Assembly: GCF_000172995.2 (NCBI RefSeq) | Contig: NC_014729.1 | Location: 540,001 to 572,000, forward strand | Length of the DNA: 32,000 bases | Direction: 5' to 3' | Origin: Halogeometricum borinquense DSM 11551 | Lineage (GTDB): Archaea > Halobacteriota > Halobacteria > Halobacteriales > Haloferacaceae | Shown here: in pieces, positions 24,971 to 31,971 of the stretch | How the letters are laid out: every line of letters starts with the position of its first letter | How positions within the stretch are numbered: the stretch's first letter is position 1 | Made by a program: the position numbers and the translations under genes | Notes under the pieces: generated by a model | The model's database searches: none | What the model saw: only the letters and a program-made list of their open reading frames with translations | Told to the model about the DNA's origin: nothing

Positions 24971-27004
24971 ATGCAACGCGCATTGACAGTGTTCGTAACG
25001 TTGGTCGTTCTCGTCGGAACCGCTCCGGCGGGCGCGGCCGCAACGCCCGCGGCGCAGCAGTCGTCGGGGGCGTCGGTATCGTTCGCCGCACAATCATCCG
25101 GTGGTTCGACGGTCGTCGTGGAAAACGTCACACTTCCCGACGGCGGGTTTGTCACAATCCACGACGCATCCGTCGCAGACGGTAATGTCCTCGGGAGCGT
25201 TGTCGGGTCGTCGGCGTATCTCGATGCGGGAACGCACGAGAACGTGACCGTTCACCTCGACGAACCGCTCTCGGAATCCGGCGCGTTCGTCGCCATGCCG
25301 CACATGGACACCGACGGTGACCGCGTTTACGACTTCGTCGCGGACAACGGCGAAACCGACGGTCCGTACACGGCCGACGGGAGCGCCGTCATCTCGCAGG
25401 CGAACGTCACCGTCTCTGCGACAGTGTCGATGTCGGACCAGCCGACCGACGGCACGTCCGTCGTCGTTGACCGCGTGGAACTCTCCGACGGTGGGTTCGT
25501 GACGGTTCACGACGCCTCTGTCACCGAGGGTGAAGTGTTCGAGAGCATCCGCGGCACGTCCGCATATCTCGAAGCGGGCGTCCACGAGAACGTCCGCATC
25601 ACTCTCGACACGCCTGTCGAGAAGAACACCACGCTGGTTCCGATGGCACACATGGACACCGACGGCGACCAGATGTACACCTTCCCCGAAAGCGAAGGTG
25701 AGACGGACGGTCCGTACACGGCTAACGGCAGCGCTGTCGTCGATACCGCCGCCGTGACGCTCTCGGAGACGGCGAACGTCACCTTCTCTGCGCAGTCCTC
25801 CGGCGGACAGTCCGTCGTCGTTGACTCCGCGTACCTGCCAGAAGGCGGGTTCGTGACGGTTCACGACGCGACGCTGAACGATGGTGCGGTGTTCGAGAGT
25901 ATCCGCGGCACCTCCGCGTATCTCGCCCCCGGCCTGCACAAGAACGTCCGCGTCAGCCTCGATGCGCCGCTGAACAACTCCACGACGCTCGTTCCGATGG
26001 CGCACATGGATACGGACGACAATCAGGAATACACGTTTCCTGAAAGCGAGGGCGAGGCGGACGGTCCGTACACGGCTGACGGCGGTGCCGTCGTCGCGCA
26101 GGCCAACGTCACGCTCTCGGCCAGCGTTGACATGTCGATGCAGGCGTCTGACGGCCACAGCGTCGTCGTGGACCGCGTCGAACTTTCCGAAGGCGGGTTC
26201 GTGGTTGTCCACGATTCCTCCCTGTTCGCCGGCGAAGTTGAGGGAAGCATCCTCGGCACCTCTGACTACCTCGAACCGGGTGTCCACGAGAACGTCACCG
26301 TGACGTTCGCAGAGCCGATTCGCGCCTCGCAGACGCTGGTGCCGATGGCGCATATGGACACGAACGGCAACGAAGCATACGATTTCCCCGAAGCGGACGG
26401 CCCGTACACCGCAGGCGGTAACGCGGTCGTCGATACGGCCCGTACCTCGGTGAACGCCGTCGTCACCGCCGCCGACCAGACGACTGACGGACAGACGGTC
26501 ACTATCGACTCCGTGACGCTCCACGACGGCGGGTTCGTCACTGTCCACGACGCAACCGTCTCCGAGGGTGCTGTGTTCGAGAGCGTGCGCGGCACGTCCG
26601 CGTATCTCTCGCCCGGGACCCACGAGAACGTCACTGTCGAACTCTCCAAGCCGCTGACCGAGACGACGACGATTGTTCCGATGGCGCACATGGACACGAA
26701 CGGCAACGAGGCGTACGACTTCGTGACCAGTGACGGTGCAGAGGACGGTCCCTACGTTGCCCTCGGCGGCGCGGTCGTCGCGACCGCCGAAGCCTCGGTC
26801 GAAGACGGCGAGATGACCGAGACCGAGATGAACGCAGAGACGATGACGGAAACCGAAATGGCGGACGAAGAGACTGAGATGGAAACCGGGACTGAGATGA
26901 ACGAGGCGACGGACGGCACCGATACCGGAACGCCCGGATTCGGCGTCGTTGTCGCCATCATCGCACTCGTCGCCGCGGCCCTTATCGCTGTCCGCCGCGA
27001 CTAA
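24971..27004 (+). CDS. Secreted cell-surface protein with five tandem domains of about 115 aa and a PGF-CTERM (archaeosortase) anchor, 677 aa
   Basis: It has a signal peptide (MQRALTVFVTLVVLVGTAPAGAAA), five homologous repeats and an acidic Met/Thr/Glu linker. The C-terminus is TPGFGVVVAIIALVAAALIAVRRD. Confidence 0.85.
   Translation: MQRALTVFVTLVVLVGTAPAGAAATPAAQQSSGASVSFAAQSSGGSTVVVENVTLPDGGFVTIHDASVADGNVLGSVVGSSAYLDAGTHENVTVHLDEPLSESGAFVAMPHMDTDGDRVYDFVADNGETDGPYTADGSAVISQANVTVSATVSMSDQPTDGTSVVVDRVELSDGGFVTVHDASVTEGEVFESIRGTSAYLEAGVHENVRITLDTPVEKNTTLVPMAHMDTDGDQMYTFPESEGETDGPYTANGSAVVDTAAVTLSETANVTFSAQSSGGQSVVVDSAYLPEGGFVTVHDATLNDGAVFESIRGTSAYLAPGLHKNVRVSLDAPLNNSTTLVPMAHMDTDDNQEYTFPESEGEADGPYTADGGAVVAQANVTLSASVDMSMQASDGHSVVVDRVELSEGGFVVVHDSSLFAGEVEGSILGTSDYLEPGVHENVTVTFAEPIRASQTLVPMAHMDTNGNEAYDFPEADGPYTAGGNAVVDTARTSVNAVVTAADQTTDGQTVTIDSVTLHDGGFVTVHDATVSEGAVFESVRGTSAYLSPGTHENVTVELSKPLTETTTIVPMAHMDTNGNEAYDFVTSDGAEDGPYVALGGAVVATAEASVEDGEMTETEMNAETMTETEMADEETEMETGTEMNEATDGTDTGTPGFGVVVAIIALVAAALIAVRRD
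25070..26800 (+). repeat. Five diverged tandem coding repeats (about 330-350 nt each)
   Basis: Each unit contains GGFVT(V/I)HD(A/S), GTSAYL..G.HENV and PMAHMDT(D/N)G(D/N)..Y.F...(E)DGPYTA.G.AVV. The periodicity is visible in the translated ORF. Confidence 0.85.
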
Positions 27005-27103
27005 ACGCGACTGACTCCGGCATCTCACGCACTCGTACTTCTTTCACGCGTCGCTGACCGAGTGGCGACACTCGCTTTACTTTACGGAAACACAAGGAGA
27101 AAG

Positions 27104-27123
27104 CCCCGCCCTTTAGAGCGGGG
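27104..27123. terminator. GC hairpin CCCCGC-N8-GCGGGG in a convergent intergenic spacer
   Basis: Read directly from the sequence. It lies between the stop of the repeat protein (27004) and the stop of the minus-strand gene (27130). Confidence 0.3.
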
Positions 27124-27129
27124 AGGATG

Positions 27130-27633
27130 TCAATTGTCGTTGGCGTCGCCGTTCGACTCGTTGTTCGCCTCATCAGCAACTACGTCGCGCATCCGACCAG
27201 AGTAGTCCCACGAGTGCAGGCGTGTGGGCGTGATGCGGATTCGAACCTCCTCGCGGTCGTCGTCGAGGAGAAACGAACCGAGTTCGTTCTCCGTTCCGCC
27301 GAGGTATCGTTCCAAGAGGCTTCGCAACAGTGTTTTCTCCTCGTCGGGTTCTATCGACGCCGTGCCCCGCCCGCGGACGCCGCGGTACGGCGGATCGTTC
27401 GTCGAGATCTCGAACGCGACATCGTCGTTTGCGCGGAGAAAACGCACCACGTCGGCGTCGGCGCTCGTCGCACAGCACAACTCAGAACTATCCTCTCCGC
27501 CGACCCATTCGTACCACAGCGAAAGCATCCACAAATCGTCGCTCGGCGTCCGGCACGCCAGACGTACGGGAACCGTCGATTCTCGGAGGAACGTCTCCGC
27601 CTCGTCCGCCGGCCAGTGGTCGGTTCGTTTCAT
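27130..27633 (-). CDS. Pyridoxamine 5'-phosphate oxidase family (FMN/F420-binding split-barrel) protein, 167 aa
   Basis: It has ADEAETFLRESTVPVRLAC, PYRGVRGRG and RIRITPTRLHSWDY, a pattern typical of the PNPOx-like family. The start is placed at MKRTDHW. Confidence 0.7.
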   Translation of the reverse strand: MKRTDHWPADEAETFLRESTVPVRLACRTPSDDLWMLSLWYEWVGGEDSSELCCATSADADVVRFLRANDDVAFEISTNDPPYRGVRGRGTASIEPDEEKTLLRSLLERYLGGTENELGSFLLDDDREEVRIRITPTRLHSWDYSGRMRDVVADEANNESNGDANDN

Positions 27634-27837
27634 ACGTTCCGTTCGTACTCTCGACAGAAAAAACACGAGGCAGAACAATATTGGACATTCTCGGGAGCTA
27701 CTGTATGCTTTTGGTTACTAGTGGCAGTATATTAGTTTCTTCGCGTGCGCGAGTGCGAAGGACCGGCAGAATGATCGCAGAATAGAGCGCCACTGGAGAA
27801 GGGAAGATAGTTCACCCTCCACGGCCGAATCCGAGGT

Positions 27838-29595
27838 ATGACTGACTACTTCGAGATTCACGGGCGCGACGGGGCGGCCCGTCTCGGCGAACTCCGACTC
27901 GCCGATCCCGTGACGACTCCCGCTCTCGCCGACGAGGTGGTGGAGGACACAGGGAGTCTCTGGGCTGCAGAGCGGGACGTTCCCGAGGGGGCCGACGACG
28001 TGCTGACGGTGCTTCCCCACCGGTCGTTCCCCGCCGGAACCGACGACAAAGTACAGTCGTCGTTCGCCGTCGATTCCCCTGACGTTGACTATCCCTCAGC
28101 AGCCGTCGTCACCGCTGAGACGGCCACCGACGCCGGTTCGGACGCGTATATCCTCTCGAACGCACAGGGGTTCGTCGGCCACGCCTCCGCGTTCCGCGAC
28201 GCTATCGTCGCCGCAAAAGATGCGCTTCCCGCCGATACGGCACTCTATCTTTCGGGTGTCGCCACGCCGCGCAACGTCGCCACGCTCGTCTACGCCGGGG
28301 TTGACCTCGTAGACGCCAAACTCGCCCGCGTAAAGGGCCGACAGGGGATGTATCTCACGAGCGAGAACGAGTATTTCCTCGAAGACCTTGATGAACTCCC
28401 CTGCACCTGTGCGGCGTGTCAGACGCCCCGTGAGGAGTTCACCCACGAAGACTGTGCGGCGCACAACGTGAACGCGCTCCGCGCAGAACTCGCAACTGTT
28501 CGCCAGCGGATTCGAGACGGCCGTTTGCGTGATTATATCGAAGGACAGGCCCGCCACAACCAGTGGTTGACCGCCGCCTTCCGGGAGTTCGACCAGCAGT
28601 ACGGCTACCTCGAAGAGCGGACGCCTCTCATCCGGAACTCAGAGATTGCCGCGGCCTCTTCGGACAGCATTCGGCGCGTCGAGATTCAACGGTTCGCAGA
28701 GCGGGTGACGTCGCGCTACAAGAACCGATTCGATAATCCGCTCGTCCTCGTTCCGTGTTCGGCGACGAAACCGTACAGCGAATCGCAGAGTCACAGCCAG
28801 TTCCACGACGCCGTGCAGTTCCGTGCGCATCTTGCCTCGATGACCTCTCCGATCGGTGTCGTCCCGTCGGAACTCGAACTCACCTATCCCGCCCAGCACT
28901 ACGACACCGTGGTGACGGGGCGGTGGTCCGAAGACGAAAAGCAGTTCGTCGCCAGTGTCCTCACACAGTATCTCGAACGCAACGACTATCCGCGGGTTGT
29001 CGCACACGTCCCCGAACACGGCTACCGCGACATCTGCGAACGCGTCGAGCAGGAAGTCGATGTACCGTTCGAGTACACCGTCGAGGACCACCCGACGACC
29101 ACAGACTCCATCGCCAACCTGATGTCCACGCTACAGGGCGAACTGAAGTACTCAAAGCGGGAACGCCAGCACAACACCGTGAAAGCGATTGCCGACTATC
29201 AATTCGGTGACGGTGCTGGTGACGCGCTCTTCGCTGACGTGGACGTGCAGATGACGAGTCGCTACCCGAAACTCCAGGTCAGAAACGGCGACGGCGATCA
29301 GTTGGCCGCGATGGTACCGCAGTACGGCGTTCTCTCCTTTACGCTCGCCGGTGCGCGTGTCTGGAGCGACTCGGACGCACCAACGAAACGCGTCGAAATC
29401 GACAACTTCGCGCCGCACGGGAGTGTCCTCGCACCCGGTGTCGTGGACGCGGACGACGATATTCGCGTGGGCGACGAAGTCATCGTCGAAGGCCCGAAGG
29501 CGTTCGCCGTCGGCCGCGCGGAGATGTTCGGCGCGGAGATGACCGAAAGTACGCGCGGCGTCGCCGTCGAAGTACGCCACGTCGAAGAGAAGTAG
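27838..29595 (+). CDS. arcS: Archaeosine synthase ArcS (TgtA2 paralogue with C-terminal PUA domain), 585 aa
   Basis: It has a TGT-like N-terminus (FEIHGRDGAARLGELRL), Zn motif CTCAAC...H, and the PC-X3-KPY-X2-S-X2-H-like segment LVPCSATKPYSESQSH. A PUA-like C-terminus is present (GDEVIVEGPKAFAVGRAEM...GVAVEVRHV). Confidence 0.85.
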   Translation: MTDYFEIHGRDGAARLGELRLADPVTTPALADEVVEDTGSLWAAERDVPEGADDVLTVLPHRSFPAGTDDKVQSSFAVDSPDVDYPSAAVVTAETATDAGSDAYILSNAQGFVGHASAFRDAIVAAKDALPADTALYLSGVATPRNVATLVYAGVDLVDAKLARVKGRQGMYLTSENEYFLEDLDELPCTCAACQTPREEFTHEDCAAHNVNALRAELATVRQRIRDGRLRDYIEGQARHNQWLTAAFREFDQQYGYLEERTPLIRNSEIAAASSDSIRRVEIQRFAERVTSRYKNRFDNPLVLVPCSATKPYSESQSHSQFHDAVQFRAHLASMTSPIGVVPSELELTYPAQHYDTVVTGRWSEDEKQFVASVLTQYLERNDYPRVVAHVPEHGYRDICERVEQEVDVPFEYTVEDHPTTTDSIANLMSTLQGELKYSKRERQHNTVKAIADYQFGDGAGDALFADVDVQMTSRYPKLQVRNGDGDQLAAMVPQYGVLSFTLAGARVWSDSDAPTKRVEIDNFAPHGSVLAPGVVDADDDIRVGDEVIVEGPKAFAVGRAEMFGAEMTESTRGVAVEVRHVEEK

Positions 29596-29680
29596 TCGGC
29601 TCGGAGCGGATCTGCCGACCGTTCCAGCACGACTCGGAATCGCCCACGACTTTTTATCTTCCCGTGACGACGGATTGTGC

Positions 29681-30085
29681 ATGACAGACGATACCAGCGA
29701 CCGACGGATTTCGCTCGGCGTCCCACAGCAAATTCTCGACTCACTTCCCGAGGATGGCGGGAACGCGGCGGCGGATCTGAAACGGGCAGTCGAGGGTATC
29801 GAGACGAGTTTGAACGATGCGTTCGAGCGGGCAGAGTCGGATTCCGAGGCGGCGAGTTACGCCGTTGACGCCATCGAACACCTCGAAGACCGGATGGAGA
29901 CGTACGACGCGTTCGTTCCTGAACTCCGCGCGTGGGGCCAGTCGCCAATCTATGCTATCGCGTGGCGAAACCTCCAAGCCGACCTCATCGCGCAAATTCG
30001 AGCGTACGACTGGCTCGACACGCACATCGAACGCGAGCGGAACTACCGACTAGTCGAAGACGGAATTAGGTTCGACAAGCGCTGA
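29681..30085 (+). CDS. Hypothetical acidic helical protein (134 aa)
   Basis: It has haloarchaeal composition and an ATG at 29681, two codons inside the ORF-track start. I recognise no motif. Confidence 0.5.
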   Translation: MTDDTSDRRISLGVPQQILDSLPEDGGNAAADLKRAVEGIETSLNDAFERAESDSEAASYAVDAIEHLEDRMETYDAFVPELRAWGQSPIYAIAWRNLQADLIAQIRAYDWLDTHIERERNYRLVEDGIRFDKR

Positions 30086-30131
30086 ACACGACGGCGCGCA
30101 CTTTTTTGGCCGCCGGAACGCATCGATACGT

Positions 30132-30416
30132 ATGAGGGTGCAGATGCGGTTCTTCGCCAATTTCCGTGAGGCGGTGGGGACGAAGACCATCGAACGAGAC
30201 TACGAGGTGACGACCGTCGGCGACGCCCTGCGCGAACTCGAAGCCGAGTACAGTGGTCTTGCGGGGGAACTCCTCGAAGACGGCCACGTCCGTCCGCAAG
30301 TGAACGTGCTGTTGAACGGCCGCGACGTGCAACACGAACAGGGCATCGAAACCGAACTCGGCGACGAAGATACGCTCAGTATCTTCCCGCCGGTCGCCGG
30401 AGGTATGCGTGATTGA
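30132..30416 (+). CDS. MoaD/ThiS/SAMP-type ubiquitin-fold (beta-grasp) protein, 94 aa, with the C-terminus ...FPPVAGG followed by Met-Arg-Asp
   Basis: The pattern FANFREAVG...TVGDALRELE...VNVLLNG...GDEDTLSIFPPVAGG parallels Haloferax SAMP1/MoaD as I remember it (...TVGDALDAL...INVLRNG...GDELALFPPVSGG). The frame continues ATG CGT GAT TGA (30405-30416). Confidence 0.75.
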   Translation: MRVQMRFFANFREAVGTKTIERDYEVTTVGDALRELEAEYSGLAGELLEDGHVRPQVNVLLNGRDVQHEQGIETELGDEDTLSIFPPVAGGMRD

Positions 30417-30687
30417 CGACGATGAAGGGACGGTAACGCGTGAGAAATCGTTCCGCGGAATCTCAATGCGTCTCGCCGGTCAGTACCTCGAAAATCTAGG
30501 CGGCGAACGCGTCGCAGAGGACCGTGTTGAGGGCGACGGGTGGACCGCGTCGCTCTCGGCCCAGAAGGTTCCTATCGGGCCGACTATCGAGCTCACCGAG
30601 GTCACCGTCACGTTCGAGGGCGACCCGAGCATCCTTGACGACCTCATCGACCGCTTCTCCCAGAAGGCGATGCGGGCGGGCGGCTAA
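30409..30687 (+). CDS. Small conserved-looking protein (92 aa) overlapping the Ubl gene by 8 nt and ending ...KAMRAGG
   Basis: The GTG start at 30409 lies inside the last codons of the Ubl gene. It has acidic composition and a TAA stop at 30685-30687. It may correspond to a MoaD-associated domain described in archaea, but that memory is unverified. Confidence 0.55.
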   Translation: MIDDDEGTVTREKSFRGISMRLAGQYLENLGGERVAEDRVEGDGWTASLSAQKVPIGPTIELTEVTVTFEGDPSILDDLIDRFSQKAMRAGG

Positions 30688-30692
30688 CTCGG

Positions 30693-31052
30693 ATGACGAC
30701 GACGGTTCCGCTGGACGGCGACGTTCTTCTCCTTGCGGGTGCGCGTGCCAGCGTCACTCCCAACCAACTACCTGACCTCGTTCATCGCGCGCAGTCGTAT
30801 CTTGTTCAACGGACTGCAGAGTACGACCGCCGGTTCGAGTGCATTTACGACGACGCCGACCGGTCTGTCTTTCTCGTTCCTAAGGACCACTGGGCCGAAC
30901 TCGGATCGGAGCTCGAACTCGAAAACCGGGAGGCAGACGCACTCCGCCGCGCACACGAACAGCAACTGCTCCGCATCGGCACGAAACACGGGCGACGTGA
31001 CGAGTTCGAGTCCGCAATGGAGATTCGAGAAGCCGTCGTCGTCGGTCGATAG
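30693..31052 (+). CDS. Hypothetical protein (119 aa)
   Basis: Its ATG is 5 nt after the previous stop. It has acidic/helical composition. I recognise no motif. Confidence 0.55.
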   Translation: MTTTVPLDGDVLLLAGARASVTPNQLPDLVHRAQSYLVQRTAEYDRRFECIYDDADRSVFLVPKDHWAELGSELELENREADALRRAHEQQLLRIGTKHGRRDEFESAMEIREAVVVGR

Positions 31053-31074
31053 CTTGGCCCCTCCGCTTTGGAAG

Positions 31075-31380
31075 CTATTCGACGTGTTCACGCCTGGTGA
31101 GTGAGCTGTAGACCCCAAATCGATCCGGGAGGATTCCCGTTCGGGCGTGAATTGCACTGGCATTCGTCTGTGCATCGATGCCGAGAACGGTTGCGTTCCC
31201 GCTAGTTGGCCGCGTGTAATCCATCAACATGTCAATGGTGGTTGACTTCCCTGCGCCGTTCGGGCCGAGGAATCCGTAGACTTCTCCTTCCCGCACCGAG
31301 AGTGAGAGGTCTGTAACTGCGGGAGTTCCGTCGTCCCGCTTTGTCAGGTCGCTTGTCTCAATGGCTGGCATGGGGACCAT
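31075..31380 (-). pseudogene. Truncated ABC transporter ATP-binding gene, N-terminal roughly 100 codons only
   Basis: It has Walker A (GPNGAGKST) and a Q-loop region (ILPDRFGVYSSLTRREHVE), then a TAG stop. No signature motif or Walker B occurs in any downstream minus frame. The space beyond is occupied by the convergent 30693-31052 gene. Confidence 0.7.
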
Positions 31381-31506
31381 CTTTTTCTGTGATCTCAACC
31401 GTTAATATTGGTTTGATTGACAGGTTCTCTGGAGACTGAAATGTCTGGGGACGACCCTATAACCCGGTTGACGAGCGTAGTGTTGCACGGTACAACGCTG
31501 CGTCCG

Positions 31507-31971
31507 CTATTTCTCGGGTTGCGCTTGGTTTCTCGCGGTCGTAATATCGTCAAGCGTTGCTTGGACGCCGTCTGTTACGGCGTCTGCTCGTTCAAGAGCG
31601 AGTAATCGATGTTTTAGTGTCTCTCCGTGTTCCCCGCCAGCGGAGAACCCACCGAGTGACTCGGTGCCGACAATCCGGTGGCACGGGACGAGAATCGGAA
31701 CGGGGTTTCGACCACAGGCTTGACCAACCGCAACCGGGGCCGTTTGGAGTTCTGTCGCAATTTCCCCGTAGGTTCGGGTTTCTCCGTACGGGATCTGTCG
31801 CATACAGCGCATCACCGCTCCAGTCAATCCTTCTGGGAACCGAATGTCCACGTCGAACGTCGAGCGTTCTCCTCGCTCGTACGCTGCGATCTGGTTTCGG
31901 ATCGATGTTGGTTCAGAATCAGTGATCGATTCGTCCAATTCGACGTCGATATCGAAGACTGTTACTTGCAT
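31507..31971 (-). CDS. ogt: Methylated-DNA--protein-cysteine methyltransferase (Ogt/MGMT), 154 aa
   Basis: It has the active-site PCHRIV motif, YGEIA, and NPVPILVPCHRIVG. The ATG is at 31969-31971; an upstream GTG at 31983 is also possible. Confidence 0.85.
   Translation of the reverse strand: MQVTVFDIDVELDESITDSEPTSIRNQIAAYERGERSTFDVDIRFPEGLTGAVMRCMRQIPYGETRTYGEIATELQTAPVAVGQACGRNPVPILVPCHRIVGTESLGGFSAGGEHGETLKHRLLALERADAVTDGVQATLDDITTARNQAQPEK

Noticed and set aside
25094-27028. A 644-aa ORF on the minus strand, antisense to the repeat-protein gene
   Set aside because: It is Arg/Val/Gly/His-rich with no acidic bias and no motifs. It is a typical shadow ORF, created because GC-rich codon usage depletes stop codons on the opposite strand. 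The plus-strand frame has a signal peptide, repeats and a PGF-CTERM anchor.
31417-31605. A 62-aa plus-strand ORF between the ABC fragment and ogt
   Set aside because: It overlaps the ogt 3' end on the opposite strand, has non-acidic composition, and has no motif.
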